From NCBI GenBank assembly GCA_028694375.1, contig JAQUTN010000002.1, positions 139 to 64,138 of the forward strand: 64,000 nt of DNA. Direction: 5' to 3'. Shown piece by piece: positions 26,647 through 37,956 of this stretch. Numbering within the stretch: the first letter of the stretch is position 1; each line of letters begins with the position of its first letter. Source of the DNA: Bacteroidales bacterium (GTDB lineage: Bacteria > Bacteroidota > Bacteroidia > Bacteroidales > UBA1402). The notes beneath the pieces were generated by a model, which was not told the origin of the DNA, searched no databases, and saw only the letters and a program-made list of their open reading frames with translations. The translations under genes and the position numbers were made by a program.

Positions 26647-29160
26647 CTATTTTTCAATCTTGTCCGAGAGAAGAATCTTGTTTTCAGTACTGTCTAATTC
26701 GACAAATATGTGTTTGTTTTCTTTGAATTTTTCACTCAGGATCACTTCGGCCAGTTCGTCTTCGAGGTATTTTTGAATGGCCCTTTTCAGCGGGCGGGCA
26801 CCAAATTGCACATCGTAGCCTTGTTCGGCAATAAAATTTTTGGCTTCAGGAGTAATGCTCAAGGTATAGCCCAGGTTTGCTACTCGCTGATGGAAGGATT
26901 TTAATTCCAGATCGATAATTTTCAATATAGACTCCTTAGACAATTGTTCAAAGTATACCGTGTCGTCTATACGATTTAGAAATTCGGGAGCAAAGGTCTT
27001 GGTTATTGCTTTATGTATCAATGATTTGGAATAATCTTTTTGTTGAGTGGAATCCGGATAACCAAAGCCTACGCCTTTGCCGAATTCTTTGAGCTGGCGA
27101 GTACCCACGTTAGAGGTCATGATCAGAATGCTGTTCTTGAAATCCACTCTGCGTCCCAGACTGTCGGTCAGCCGGCCTTCGTCCATTACCTGCAGCAGCA
27201 GGTTAAATACATCCGGATGGGCTTTTTCGATTTCGTCAAGCAATAAGACGGAGTAGGGCCTACGACGGACTTTTTCGGTAAGCTGGCCACCTTCTTCGTA
27301 TCCTACGTATCCGGGAGGGGCTCCAACCAGACGGGAGACTGTGAACTTCTCCATAAACTCGCTCATATCTATGCGAATAAGAGCGTCGCTGGTATCAAAC
27401 ATTGCTTCCGAAAGCAATTTAGCCAGATGAGTTTTACCTACACCGGTAGGGCCGACAAAAAGAAAAGTACCAATGGGTTTATTAGGGTCTTTCAGGCCGA
27501 CACGGTTGCGTTGAATAGCTTTTACAACAGCCTCTACAGCAGTGTCTTGTCCAATAATCCGGCTTTTAAGCTCCTCTTTCATTTTGAGCAGCTTACTGCC
27601 TTCTTCCTGAGCAATGCGTTGCAGGGGAACTCCTGACATCATGGCCACCACTTCGGCTATTTTTTCGTCGTCTACCGGCTGGCGGTTTTCGGTGAGTTTG
27701 GCTTCCCAATCTGCTTTAAGTATAGCCAGCTGTTTGAGCTGATCTTTGCTTTTGTCACGATAATCAGCGGCCAGTTCAAAGTTTTGTTCGTTGACGGCTT
27801 TCACTTTGAGCCTGTTGTTCTCGTCGATATCTTTTTCGAGCAACTCTATACTTTCGGGAACCTGTACATTGGAAATATGCACTCTGGAGCCGGCTTCGTC
27901 CATAGCATCAATAGCCTTGTCCGGAAAATTCCGGTCGGAAATATAGCGGTTGGTGAGTTGAACACAGGCTCTCAGGGCTTCGTCCGAGTAAGTAACGTTG
28001 TGATGCTCTTCGTAGCGATCCTTGATATTTTTTAAAATCAAATAGGTTTCTTCGAGAGTAGTGGCATCGACAACGATTTTTTGGAAACGGCGTTCCAGAG
28101 CTCCGTCTTTTTCGATGCTTTTTCTGTATTCATCGAGCGTTGTAGCCCCTATGCATTGTATTTCGCCTCTGGCCAAAGCAGGTTTCAGCATATTGGCTGC
28201 ATCCATGGAGCCGCTGGCGTTGCCGGCACCGACTAAAGTGTGGATTTCGTCAATAAACAATATGATGTCCGGATTTTTTTGCAGTTCGTTCAAAACGGCC
28301 TTCATCCGTTCTTCAAATTGTCCCCGGTATTTCGTGCCGGCGACCATGGAGGCCAGGTCGAGAGATATAACCCTTTTGTCAAACAACATGCGTGAAACCT
28401 TACGTTGTACTATACGCAGGGCTAAACCTTCTACTATGGCTGATTTACCCACGCCGGGTTCTCCAATGAGTACGGGGTTGTTTTTCTTTCTTCTGCTCAA
28501 AATCTGGGCCAGTCTCAAAGTTTCTTTTTCACGTCCGACTATGGGGTCGAGCCTGCCTTCCAGAGCGGCTTTTGTAAGGTCGTTTCCAAAATTATCCAAA
28601 GCAGGAGTGTCCTTGCCTACACCTGGCCTGTCCTGCGTTTTCTGAAAAATGTCGGGCTTGTTGCCGGCACCGTATTCTTCGGCCTCATCGTCTTCTTCGT
28701 CGGTAAACTCAGGTCCCGAGGTTGGGTATTTTTTTTCGTAAAAAAGACTTCGCAGGGTATCCCATTGTACTCCTTCGTTGTTTAGGACATTGGCCGCCAA
28801 ATTGTTTTTCTCTTTTAGGATGGCTAAAAGAATATGTTCTGTATCCATAATATCACTTTTCATTCCGTGTGCTTCGAGTAAGCCCATTTTGAGAACTCTT
28901 TCGGTAGACGGACTCAGGGGTAAATCGACAGGTTCCTGTATCATCTTTTCCTGCTTGATTTTCATTTCGATGGATTGCTTCACAAAAGCGACATCCACAT
29001 TGAGTCTGCTCAGGTAGATCAGCGCTTTGCTGTTTTTTTCCCTTAGGATTCCCAATAAAAGATGTTCAGGATCAATCACAGCATTACCCAGTCTTCGGGC
29101 CTCTTCGTTGCTAAACCCTAAAACCTCAAGTACATCTTTGGAAAATTTATTTGTATTCAT
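26647..29160 (-). CDS. clpC: ATP-dependent Clp protease ATP-binding subunit (ClpC-type, two AAA+ modules)
   Basis: Start moved to ATG 29160 (MNTNKFSKDVLEV). Clp_N repeats and two Walker A sites (GEPGVGKSA, GPTGVGKTH). Confidence 0.85.
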   Translation of the reverse strand: MNTNKFSKDVLEVLGFSNEEARRLGNAVIDPEHLLLGILREKNSKALIYLSRLNVDVAFVKQSIEMKIKQEKMIQEPVDLPLSPSTERVLKMGLLEAHGMKSDIMDTEHILLAILKEKNNLAANVLNNEGVQWDTLRSLFYEKKYPTSGPEFTDEEDDEAEEYGAGNKPDIFQKTQDRPGVGKDTPALDNFGNDLTKAALEGRLDPIVGREKETLRLAQILSRRKKNNPVLIGEPGVGKSAIVEGLALRIVQRKVSRMLFDKRVISLDLASMVAGTKYRGQFEERMKAVLNELQKNPDIILFIDEIHTLVGAGNASGSMDAANMLKPALARGEIQCIGATTLDEYRKSIEKDGALERRFQKIVVDATTLEETYLILKNIKDRYEEHHNVTYSDEALRACVQLTNRYISDRNFPDKAIDAMDEAGSRVHISNVQVPESIELLEKDIDENNRLKVKAVNEQNFELAADYRDKSKDQLKQLAILKADWEAKLTENRQPVDDEKIAEVVAMMSGVPLQRIAQEEGSKLLKMKEELKSRIIGQDTAVEAVVKAIQRNRVGLKDPNKPIGTFLFVGPTGVGKTHLAKLLSEAMFDTSDALIRIDMSEFMEKFTVSRLVGAPPGYVGYEEGGQLTEKVRRRPYSVLLLDEIEKAHPDVFNLLLQVMDEGRLTDSLGRRVDFKNSILIMTSNVGTRQLKEFGKGVGFGYPDSTQQKDYSKSLIHKAITKTFAPEFLNRIDDTVYFEQLSKESILKIIDLELKSFHQRVANLGYTLSITPEAKNFIAEQGYDVQFGARPLKRAIQKYLEDELAEVILSEKFKENKHIFVELDSTENKILLSDKIEK

Positions 29161-29402
29161 CTTTATAATCTTTCTGTTCAAAATGTAAGACCTCTGGTAA
29201 AACATTTACATGGTCAAAATTACTTGTTTTCTATCAATATTTGCCTACTATGAACAAAAAACTTGCCAAAGGACAATATGTCAGTATAGATTGCTTTGAA
29301 AGTAGCTTGATTCCTTGAATTTATTGCTGTTTTTTTTTGCTCAGTCTATTAAAATGTGCTATATTAGCGTGTTTTTATTTTAACTGTTAAGAATTTTGTC
29401 AA

Positions 29403-31958
29403 ATGATTGATGAAGAAAGAGTTATAAGGGTTAACATTGAAGAAGAAATGAAATCTTCCTACATAGATTATTCTATGTCAGTCATTGTTTCCCGAGCCTT
29501 GCCCGATGTACGTGACGGTATGAAGCCGGTACACCGCAGAGTGTTGTTTGGTATGAATGAATTAGGTAATAATTCAGATAAACCTTACAAGAAATCAGCC
29601 AGAATTGTGGGTGATGTCCTTGGTAAATACCATCCCCACGGAGATTCTTCTGTCTATTTTACTATGGTGCGACTTGCCCAGACCTGGTCTATGCGTTATC
29701 CTTTGGTGGACGGACAGGGCAATTTCGGTTCAGTTGACGGTGACAGCCCTGCTGCCATGCGTTACACGGAATGCCGCTTGCGTAAAATTGCCGAGGAAAT
29801 GTTGGTGGACATCGACAAAGAAACCATCGATTTTCAGCTTAACTTTGACGATACTCTTAAAGAACCGACGGTTTTACCGACTCGTATCCCGAACCTTCTG
29901 GTAAACGGAGCCTCCGGTATTGCTGTAGGTATGGCTACCAATATGCCACCGCATAACTTATCGGAAATTGTGGATGGTACTATTGCCTATATTGATAACA
30001 ACGATATCAGCATAGAGGAATTGATGAAATACGTCATAGCTCCCGATTTCCCCACAGGTGGCTACATTTATGGCTATTCGGGAGTGAAGGAAGCTTTTGA
30101 GACCGGAAGGGGCAGAATTGTGATTCGCGCCAAAGCCGATATCGAAAACGGTCCGCAACACGATAAAATCATAATAAGTGAGATTCCCTATCTGGTCAAC
30201 AAAGCGGAACTCATAAAAAGTATTGCCGATCTCACCGTTGACAAAAAAATTGAAGGCATTTCTAACGTTAACGATGAATCGGATCGCAGCGGAATGCGTA
30301 TTGTCGTGGATATCAAACGCGATGCCAATTCCAATGTTGTTCTCAATAAACTATTCAAGATGACGGCTTTGCAGTCTTCTTTCAGTGTAAACAACATTGC
30401 CCTGGTGCACGGACGTCCCCGTATGTTGAATCTCAAAGACCTGATTCGCCATTTTGTAGACCACAGACATGATGTGGTGAACCGCAGAACCCAGTACGAG
30501 CTGAACGAAGCCGAAAAACGGGCTCATATTTTAGAAGGTTTGATCATCGCCTGCGACAACATTGACCGTATCATTGCTCTTATCAAGGCTTCCAATTCTC
30601 CCGAAGATGCAAGAGCAGCACTTATGGAAAACTTTGATCTTAGTGATCTTCAGGCCAGGGCTATTGTAGAAATGAGGCTGCGTCAGCTTACCGGCCTTGA
30701 AGTAGACAAATTGCACCGGGAATTTGAAGAGCTAACCAAAAAGATTGCCTGGTACAAAGAAATCCTGTCCAATGTGAGTTTAAGAATGAACATCATCAAG
30801 GAAGAATTGCTCGAAATTAAAAATAAATACGGTGATTCCAGACGTTCAGAAATCATTTACGCCTCTGAGGACTTCAATCCGGAAGATTTTTATGCGGATG
30901 ATCAAATGATTATCACCATTTCGCATCTGGGCTACATAAAGCGGACACCTTTGGTTGATTTCAGATCTCAAAACCGTGGTGGGGTGGGTTCCCGGGGGAG
31001 CGAAACCCGCGACGAAGATTTCGTGGAATACATTTATCCGGCTACCATGCACAACACCATGATGTTTTTTACCCAAAAAGGGAAATGTTATTGGCTTAAG
31101 GTGTATGAGATTCCCGAAGGTTCCAAAAATTCCAAAGGCCGGGCTATTCAAAATTTGCTAAGTATTGACGGAGAAGACAAAGTAAATGCCTTCATTCGGG
31201 TTATTGCGCTGGATGACAAGGAATTCAACGAATCACACAACCTGATTTTTGCGACTAAAAAAGGTGTGATCAAAAAAACTCCGCTGGAAGCCTATTCAAG
31301 ACCCAGAAACAATGGTGTAAATGCCATTACCATACGAGAAGACGATCAGGTTATTCAGGTTCGTCTTACCGACGGAAACAGCGAGATAATACTGGCAAAC
31401 AGAAACGGACGAGCCATACGCTTCCACGAAAAAAACGTCAGACCTATGGGTCGCACGGCAACAGGCGTGCGCGGTATGCACATTGATGAGGATGGTCAGG
31501 ACGAAGTCATCGGAATGATTATTGTTGCTGAAAACGAGAGCATAATGGTGGTTTCCGAACAAGGTTACGGCAAACGTTCCGAAGTGGAGGATTACCGTAT
31601 CACCAACCGGGGAGGTAAAGGTGTTAAGACGCTGAATATCACCGATAAGACCGGAAAGTTAGTAGCCATTAAGTCGGTAAACGACGATAATGATCTAATG
31701 ATTATTAACAAGTCCGGCATTGTTATCAGGCTGCCCCTGGCCAATATCCGTATCATGGGTAGAGCCACTCAGGGCGTACGTCTGATTAATCTGGAAAAAC
31801 ACAACGACCAGATCGGTTCTGTTTGCAAAGTTTGTTCCGAAAAAGAAGAGGAGGAGTCGATAATGGATGATCAAAACAATTCCGACGAAGATCAATTTCT
31901 TCCTGATCAAGAACAATTTTCAGCAAATGATAATCAACAGGCAACAGATGAGAATTAA
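29403..31958 (+). CDS. gyrA: DNA gyrase subunit A
   Basis: 851 aa. [33 protein letters not shown] and AAMRYTE blocks. Confidence 0.95.
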   Translation: MIDEERVIRVNIEEEMKSSYIDYSMSVIVSRALPDVRDGMKPVHRRVLFGMNELGNNSDKPYKKSARIVGDVLGKYHPHGDSSVYFTMVRLAQTWSMRYPLVDGQGNFGSVDGDSPAAMRYTECRLRKIAEEMLVDIDKETIDFQLNFDDTLKEPTVLPTRIPNLLVNGASGIAVGMATNMPPHNLSEIVDGTIAYIDNNDISIEELMKYVIAPDFPTGGYIYGYSGVKEAFETGRGRIVIRAKADIENGPQHDKIIISEIPYLVNKAELIKSIADLTVDKKIEGISNVNDESDRSGMRIVVDIKRDANSNVVLNKLFKMTALQSSFSVNNIALVHGRPRMLNLKDLIRHFVDHRHDVVNRRTQYELNEAEKRAHILEGLIIACDNIDRIIALIKASNSPEDARAALMENFDLSDLQARAIVEMRLRQLTGLEVDKLHREFEELTKKIAWYKEILSNVSLRMNIIKEELLEIKNKYGDSRRSEIIYASEDFNPEDFYADDQMIITISHLGYIKRTPLVDFRSQNRGGVGSRGSETRDEDFVEYIYPATMHNTMMFFTQKGKCYWLKVYEIPEGSKNSKGRAIQNLLSIDGEDKVNAFIRVIALDDKEFNESHNLIFATKKGVIKKTPLEAYSRPRNNGVNAITIREDDQVIQVRLTDGNSEIILANRNGRAIRFHEKNVRPMGRTATGVRGMHIDEDGQDEVIGMIIVAENESIMVVSEQGYGKRSEVEDYRITNRGGKGVKTLNITDKTGKLVAIKSVNDDNDLMIINKSGIVIRLPLANIRIMGRATQGVRLINLEKHNDQIGSVCKVCSEKEEEESIMDDQNNSDEDQFLPDQEQFSANDNQQATDEN

Positions 31959-32025
31959 AACTCGTCTATTGATAAAATAAATTTCTGATGTATATTTGTA
32001 TATAAAACATCAACAACACTAAAAA

Positions 32026-33273
32026 ATGATTCAAATGAAAAAGATTGCTTTATTGTTTACAGCCATACTTTTATTGTGTGGATGTAATACCTACGCACAA
32101 ATGAAAAATGTGCGTAAGGCCAAAGCCAGGCTTAATGCTGAAACGCCTAATTTAGTTGAAGCCAGAGAAGCCATTGAACCGGCACTAAGGGATTCCGTTT
32201 CAAAAACAATGGCTGATACCTGGTTTACTGCCGGTAAGATATATTACAAATTGTTTGATCAGGAACAAAAGAAAGAATGGAATGGTGCCAAAGCCGATGG
32301 AGAATTAATGGCACAATCTCTGGCTAAAAGTTACGATAGTTTTGTAATTGCCGATTCCCTGGATCAAATGCCCAATGCCAAGGGAAAAGTGAAACCAAAA
32401 TTTCGAAAATACATTACCGAAATGGTCAAAGCCATGCAAAATGGTTTTATAAATTCCGGCTCGTTTTATTTTAAAAAACAGGATTATCAAAATGCCATCA
32501 AGATGTTTGAGTATTATCTGGATTATCCCAATCTGCAATTCTGGACCGAAGAAGAAAGAATGGGTTATCAGAAAGATACAATGATAGACGACATCCAGTA
32601 TTATTGCGGAGCCTCAGCTTCTCAGGACGGAGATTCTGAAACGGCCATAAAATACTTCAGCATGCTACTGGATGTGTATCAACCTCAGGAAGATATGTAT
32701 CAATTCCTGATTTATGAGTACGGTCGTTTGAAAGATTCTGTCAACTTACTGGAAATGTATAAGATAGGAGTTCAGAAATTCCCGGAAAATCCCTTTTATG
32801 CCCGCAGTCTTATTAACATTTATTTAAATAAAAACGACTTAGCCGAAGCCTTGATCTGGATAGACAAAGCCATCGAAGAAGATTCGCTTAATGCCACCTT
32901 GTGGGACGTGAAAGGTCGTATTTACGAGAGTGAAAAGAATCTTAAGGAAGCCGAGCTCTGTTTTCTGAGAGCTATTGAGTTTGATCCTAATTTTGAACCG
33001 GCTTTAGGGAACGTTGGCCGTATATACTACAACGTTGCCGTCGAAGAACTGGACCGTGTCAATGCCATCAGGGACGACAGGGTATATCGTCGCGAAAAAG
33101 CCAAAATGAAAGCAGTATTTGAAAAACCCTTACCGTATATGGAAAAAGCACACGAGCTGAATCCGGAGGAAAGAGATTATATTATTGCTCTGAGAGGTAT
33201 TTATTATAATCTGGGCAAGGGTTATGAAAAGAAATACGAAGAAATGGATGCTCTTATGAAGCAGGGTCGTTAA
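32026..33273 (+). CDS. tetratricopeptide-repeat lipoprotein
   Basis: 415 aa. Lipobox LLLCGC and TPR-like helical repeats. The start could instead be ATG 32035. Confidence 0.6.
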   Translation: MIQMKKIALLFTAILLLCGCNTYAQMKNVRKAKARLNAETPNLVEAREAIEPALRDSVSKTMADTWFTAGKIYYKLFDQEQKKEWNGAKADGELMAQSLAKSYDSFVIADSLDQMPNAKGKVKPKFRKYITEMVKAMQNGFINSGSFYFKKQDYQNAIKMFEYYLDYPNLQFWTEEERMGYQKDTMIDDIQYYCGASASQDGDSETAIKYFSMLLDVYQPQEDMYQFLIYEYGRLKDSVNLLEMYKIGVQKFPENPFYARSLINIYLNKNDLAEALIWIDKAIEEDSLNATLWDVKGRIYESEKNLKEAELCFLRAIEFDPNFEPALGNVGRIYYNVAVEELDRVNAIRDDRVYRREKAKMKAVFEKPLPYMEKAHELNPEERDYIIALRGIYYNLGKGYEKKYEEMDALMKQGR

Positions 33274-33302
33274 TTTTTGAAATTCGAATAAAACATACAA
33301 TT

Positions 33303-33333
33303 AAAAGGTGTTCCTGTCAGGAGCACCTTTTTT
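33303..33333 (+). terminator. rho-independent terminator
   Basis: aaaaggtgttcc, tgtca, ggagcacctttt, then ttt (one G-U pair in the stem). Confidence 0.75.
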
Positions 33334-33421
33334 ATTATCCAACATTCAGTCCGGATGGTACTCGGATAAAAATTGCCCATAATTAATATTATGTTGAATA
33401 GAAATAAGAGTTCAATGATCA

Positions 33422-33455
33422 TAAAAAAAAGCTGCCTCCTTTTGAGACAGCTTTT
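33422..33455 (-). terminator. rho-independent terminator for the porin-like gene
   Basis: The minus strand reads aaagctgtctc-aaaagg-aggcagcttt followed by 8 T; one mismatch in the stem. Confidence 0.65.
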
Positions 33456-33500
33456 ACGATTATCAGTCAATAGTTAAATGTATAATCTAAAGTCTTCTGA

Positions 33501-34799
33501 TTAAAACAAATACATCACTATTGCGTGCAAGCGATACGCTGCAGTATAGTCTTTGGCAGAAATTTTGAATTGATTGATTGAATTTTTACTCAGGTCTCCC
33601 CAGTTGGCTGCATTATACTCCAATTCTAAACCCAGGCGCCAATTTTGGGGATTGTAGGTATAAGTCAGCATAACACGAAACATATCTTTGATATACTGGT
33701 ATTGGCTGTTGTTGGAAGGAATCAACTCAGCACCAAAGCCGTAAAAATCGTAATTAACTTCCTCTGTCGATTTTGTGCTGCCAAGTATGGCTGAATATCC
33801 TCCAAAAAGGCCCAATTGATGAAGCTTACCGTATTGTATCTGTGCAAAGCTGGCTAAACTATTTAAAGCCAGATAATTATGTTTATCATCGATAATATAG
33901 CCCCCAATGATACTGTGATCGCTCAAGTTTTGGCCCAGCAGGGTTTTGCTCATAAGCATAAACTTGTTGTGAGTATACATCAGATAGGCTGTGCCTGAGT
34001 AGGTGTTTAATAACTTGGTATTTATGTGTTCAATATCGGCAATATCCTTATAGGTTCTTTCCGGACGGAGGGCTTTGAAATCTCCACCTATGCCTGCAAT
34101 CAGCTTGCCGTTGTTGTACTCAGCTCCAAAAAAAAGATTGGGAATGACCGCATCTTTTTGATATTGAATGCTTTTACCCTTAGGCCCCGAAGAGGCATAC
34201 ATTAATTGATATACGACAGCTGCCGTCAGGTTAAAGTCTTCTTTCCTGTAATTATAGCGTATTTGCGGGCTGCGGTTAAATGCCTGATAAGGGGCTCCGG
34301 TATTCAAGGATACCACGTTTGGCATTAAATGTTCTACAAAAAGCGGATGCCAGGTCTGCCCCACTATTAAATGACTGTTTTCCCAATCTAACTGACTGTA
34401 TGCCTTGCGTATACGCATTAAAATATAATCGGAACTGCCTCCAAAGTCCGTTTCAATAATGCCTGTATGTTTTTTAGCTCCCAATATACCTGCAGAGTTG
34501 AATTTTAATCCCATGCGGGTAGTAATGCTTGACAGGCCGGCCGAAGGGCTGTTGTTGAGGTCCTCTCCTATTCCGTTCAGGTATTCTGGCATTGGATAAA
34601 GCGGGAACAAATCCAGAACGGCGGTGCGCGTATTGCGGTTTTGTGCAAAAAAATCGCTGCGAACAAAACCATACAGATTCCAGGTTTTGACAGAGGTTTC
34701 ACTTTGGGCAAGGTTTTGGGTAGCGCCCAGGGAAGTATTTTGTGCCGAGAAGGGCAAACTTATTAAAAGACTAATAATCAGTACAAATAATCTGCTCAT
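33501..34799 (-). CDS. outer-membrane beta-barrel (porin-like) protein, function unknown
   Basis: 432 aa. Signal peptide MSRLFVLIISLLISLPFSAQ, alternating-residue beta strands, C-terminal HAIVMYLF. Confidence 0.55.
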   Translation of the reverse strand: MSRLFVLIISLLISLPFSAQNTSLGATQNLAQSETSVKTWNLYGFVRSDFFAQNRNTRTAVLDLFPLYPMPEYLNGIGEDLNNSPSAGLSSITTRMGLKFNSAGILGAKKHTGIIETDFGGSSDYILMRIRKAYSQLDWENSHLIVGQTWHPLFVEHLMPNVVSLNTGAPYQAFNRSPQIRYNYRKEDFNLTAAVVYQLMYASSGPKGKSIQYQKDAVIPNLFFGAEYNNGKLIAGIGGDFKALRPERTYKDIADIEHINTKLLNTYSGTAYLMYTHNKFMLMSKTLLGQNLSDHSIIGGYIIDDKHNYLALNSLASFAQIQYGKLHQLGLFGGYSAILGSTKSTEEVNYDFYGFGAELIPSNNSQYQYIKDMFRVMLTYTYNPQNWRLGLELEYNAANWGDLSKNSINQFKISAKDYTAAYRLHAIVMYLF

Positions 34800-34814
34800 G
34801 CTGATAGATTTTAA

Positions 34815-36122
34815 TTAGGGTTGAATTTTACCGTACAAATCATACATTCCTGCATCATAAATGTAGGCATCATAAAATTCACCGATAGTCAGTGTTTGTG
34901 TTTTATCAATAAAGACCTCGGGGTCTACTTCGGGAGAATCAAATTGGGTTCTGGCTATATAAAAATCAGGTTCTTCCCTGTCGATGATGACCCGATGAAC
35001 CTGCCCTATTTTAGCTTGGTTTAAGGAAGCGGAAATTTCTTGTTGTATGCCCATAAGTTCATCCAGCCGGGCTTGTTTGATCTCCTGAGGAACATCGTCA
35101 GTATAATGCCGATGGGCGTAGGTGCCCTCTTCGTCTGAATAGGCAAAGGCACCCATACGCTCAAATCTGAGCTCGCGTACAAATTGTTTAAGTGCTCGAA
35201 AATCATCCTCGCTTTCGCCGGGATGTCCCACCATCAGAGTGGTTCTCAAATGAATGCCCGGAACCTCACGTCGGATGCGTTCTATTAGGGCTAAGGTGGA
35301 TTTATGATCGATTCGGCGCTGCATTTTTTGGAGCATTTCATCGCTGCAATGTTGCAGGGCCATATCCAGGTAATGGCAGACATTTTCGCGTTCACGGATT
35401 AGGGGAAGTATATCGTAAGGAAAATGTTGCGGATAAGTATAATGCAGACGCAGCCATTCTACGCCGGGAATATCGGAAATAGTTTCGATAAGTTCGGCCA
35501 ATTTGTATTCTTTATACAGATCTTTGCCGTAATAAGACAAATCCTGGGCTATCAGTTGAAATTCTTTGACACCATTCTGAGTCAAATCTCTGATTTCCTG
35601 AGCAATATCTTCGATGCTTTTGGAAAGATGTCTGCCGGTTATCAAAGGAATGGCGCAAAAGGAACAATTGCGGTTGCAACCTTCGGAAATTTTTATGTAG
35701 GCATAATGAGATGGTGTCGTCAGGATGCGTTTGTTTTTGTCTGCCTTACGGTATTCTTCGCCAAGTTCGGCTAGTATGTTTTGCCAATTAAATTTACCGA
35801 AATAGGCATCTACTTCTGGAATCTCTGCTTCAAGGTCGTTCATATAACGCTCAGATAAGCAGCCCATTACAATAAGTTTGCTTATATCTCCGCGTTTACG
35901 TGCTGCCGCATACTGCAAAATTACTTCGATGGATTCTTCTTTGGCATCCTGAATAAAACCACAGGTATTGATAATGACAACTCCTCCTTCGATATCGTCG
36001 GAATTGTGTTTAATTCGATAACCGGCTGCTTGAAGCTGATACAATAATTGTTCTGAATCCACCAGGTTTTTGGAACAGCCCAGCGAGATAAGGCTAGCTG
36101 TTTTGGGAGTCTCCTTATTCAT
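34815..36122 (-). CDS. rimO: ribosomal protein S12 methylthiotransferase
   Basis: 435 aa. LGCSKN N-terminus, radical-SAM CNRNCSFC, C-terminal TRAM domain. The start shares one nt with the ftsY stop. Confidence 0.85.
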   Translation of the reverse strand: MNKETPKTASLISLGCSKNLVDSEQLLYQLQAAGYRIKHNSDDIEGGVVIINTCGFIQDAKEESIEVILQYAAARKRGDISKLIVMGCLSERYMNDLEAEIPEVDAYFGKFNWQNILAELGEEYRKADKNKRILTTPSHYAYIKISEGCNRNCSFCAIPLITGRHLSKSIEDIAQEIRDLTQNGVKEFQLIAQDLSYYGKDLYKEYKLAELIETISDIPGVEWLRLHYTYPQHFPYDILPLIRERENVCHYLDMALQHCSDEMLQKMQRRIDHKSTLALIERIRREVPGIHLRTTLMVGHPGESEDDFRALKQFVRELRFERMGAFAYSDEEGTYAHRHYTDDVPQEIKQARLDELMGIQQEISASLNQAKIGQVHRVIIDREEPDFYIARTQFDSPEVDPEVFIDKTQTLTIGEFYDAYIYDAGMYDLYGKIQP

Positions 36123-37081
36123 CAGAATTGGCTGCCAAACAGAGCGTTAACAAATTCTTTGCGGTTGAATATCTGCAAATGGTCAATGCCTTCGCCCAAT
36201 CCAATGTACTTTACAGGAATTCTGAATTGATCGGAAATACCCAGCACTACCCCACCCTTGGCTGTACCATCAAGTTTGGTTATGGCCAAAGCATTGACTT
36301 CGGTGGCCAGGCTGAATTGCCTGGCTTGTTCAAAGGCATTTTGTCCGGTAGAGGCATCCAGGACCAGCAAAATTTCATGAGGCGCTTCAGGAAGCAGCTT
36401 TTTCATTACTTTTTTGATTTTGGTCAGTTCATTCATCAGATTGATTTTGTTGTGCAATCTGCCTGCGGTATCTATTAGTACCACATCAGCCTGATTGCTG
36501 ATTGCCGAACTGAGGGTGTCGAATACCACCGAAGCAGGATCTGAACCCATAACTTGTTTGACAACAGTAGCCCCTGCTCTTTCGCCCCAGACACATAATT
36601 GCTCTATGGCTGCAGCCCGAAAAGTGTCGGCTGCTCCTATGAATACTTTTTTGCCCCGTTGGGTGTATTGATGAGCCAGTTTACCAATGGTTGTGGTTTT
36701 GCCAACACCGTTCACCCCTACCACCATAATTACATAAGGTTTAGTGTTTTCGGATACTATAAAGTCGTTGGAAGCCTCCTGGTCGTTCTCTATAAGTAAT
36801 TCAGCTGTCTCTTCACGAAGTATTGCGTATAACTCTTCAGTATTAACGTATTTATCTTTTTCAATACGTTTTTCAATACGTTCGATAATCCTGAGAGTTG
36901 TTTCTACACCTACGTCTGAACCAATCAGAATTTCTTCGAGTTGATCCAGTACCTGGTCATCTACCTTTGATTTACCAGCTATGGCACGATTTATTTTCGT
37001 GAAAAAGCTTTCCTTGGTTTTGGATAAACCCTGATCGAGTTTTTCCTTTTTATCTTTTGAAAAAATACTGAATATACCCAT
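36122..37081 (-). CDS. ftsY: signal-recognition-particle receptor
   Basis: 319 aa. GVNGVGKTTTIGKLA, DTAGR and TKLDGTAKGG motifs. Confidence 0.9.
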   Translation of the reverse strand: MGIFSIFSKDKKEKLDQGLSKTKESFFTKINRAIAGKSKVDDQVLDQLEEILIGSDVGVETTLRIIERIEKRIEKDKYVNTEELYAILREETAELLIENDQEASNDFIVSENTKPYVIMVVGVNGVGKTTTIGKLAHQYTQRGKKVFIGAADTFRAAAIEQLCVWGERAGATVVKQVMGSDPASVVFDTLSSAISNQADVVLIDTAGRLHNKINLMNELTKIKKVMKKLLPEAPHEILLVLDASTGQNAFEQARQFSLATEVNALAITKLDGTAKGGVVLGISDQFRIPVKYIGLGEGIDHLQIFNRKEFVNALFGSQF

Positions 37082-37103
37082 TACATTCCTTTCTTATATA
37101 TGC

Positions 37104-37138
37104 ACAAAAAGGCTGTTTTCGTGAAAAAACAACCTTTA
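37104..37138 (-). terminator. rho-independent terminator after the rpmB-rpmG-DUF4295 operon
   Basis: The minus strand reads aaaggttgtttt-ttcac-gaaaacagcctt followed by tttgtgc (one G-U pair in the stem). Confidence 0.7.
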
Positions 37139-37161
37139 TAGTCCGAAATAAAAAGCCCGAT

Positions 37162-37314
37162 TTATTTTTTCAGGTATTCGTTGACTTTGTCTACGGGTAC
37201 CATTTCTTCTTTGAAAGAATAGGATCCTGTTTCGGGTGCTTTCACCATCTTTATAACTTTCACCGTATTACGGCTACCGGCATTACGCAGGGTAGCAACT
37301 GTTTTCTTTGCCAT
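37162..37314 (-). CDS. DUF4295 family small protein (below the ORF-track length cutoff)
   Basis: Hand translation: MAKKTVATLRNAGSRNTVKVIKMVKAPETGSYSFKEEMVPVDKVNEYLKK (50 aa). It lies 8 nt downstream of rpmG, the position this family occupies in Bacteroidota. Confidence 0.75.
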   Translation of the reverse strand: MAKKTVATLRNAGSRNTVKVIKMVKAPETGSYSFKEEMVPVDKVNEYLKK

Positions 37315-37322
37315 GAGTCGAT

Positions 37323-37511
37323 TTATTTAATTTCTTTATGTACAGTGACTTTTTTGAGTATGGGATTGTATTTTTTCAATTCCATTCTGGCAGTCGTATT
37401 TTTGCGGTTTTTGGTAGTAATGTAACGGGAGGTTCCGGGCATACCGCTTGCCTTATGTTCCGTGCACTCCAGGATAACCTGAATTCTGTTGCCTTTTGCT
37501 TTTTTTGCCAT
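37323..37511 (-). CDS. rpmG: 50S ribosomal protein L33
   Basis: 62 aa. [20 protein letters not shown]...[10 protein letters not shown]...ELKKYNP. Confidence 0.9.
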   Translation of the reverse strand: MAKKAKGNRIQVILECTEHKASGMPGTSRYITTKNRKNTTARMELKKYNPILKKVTVHKEIK

Positions 37512-37522
37512 GAGTATTCCTC

Positions 37523-37783
37523 CTAATTAAGTATTTTTACTTCTTCTAAACGCAGAAAGCCATCTTCTCCGGCTTTTTTGATAGCCTGATTCAAGCCTTT
37601 GCGGTTGATAATGCGTAATCCTGCTGCAGAAATGGTCAGTGCAATCCAACAGTCCTGTTCTACCCAATAGAACTTCTTTTCAAACAGATTGACGTTGAAT
37701 TTGCGTTTTGTACGTCTCTTAGAGTGAGAAACGTTATTGCCAATCATTGCTTTTTTTCCTGTAATCTGACAAACTTTTGACAT
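37523..37783 (-). CDS. rpmB: 50S ribosomal protein L28
   Basis: 86 aa. [33 protein letters not shown]. Confidence 0.9.
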   Translation of the reverse strand: MSKVCQITGKKAMIGNNVSHSKRRTKRKFNVNLFEKKFYWVEQDCWIALTISAAGLRIINRKGLNQAIKKAGEDGFLRLEEVKILN

Positions 37784-37956
37784 CGCTGTATATTATTTGG
37801 TTGTTTTGTCGTGTTTTGTTGCTTTTTTATCCACCTGTATGCGAAGAACAAGAGAATAGTTTTTTGCGGCTGCAAAGATCAGCTTTTTTTGATTATTTTC
37901 CAACTATTCCGCCAAGAAATTTTATAAAAATAAAATAACAGACTTAAGTATCAGAT

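Noticed and set aside
33270-33470. 66-aa minus-strand ORF in the gyrA-downstream intergenic region
   Set aside because: It runs through two terminator hairpins (33303-33333 and 33422-33455) and has no recognisable features.
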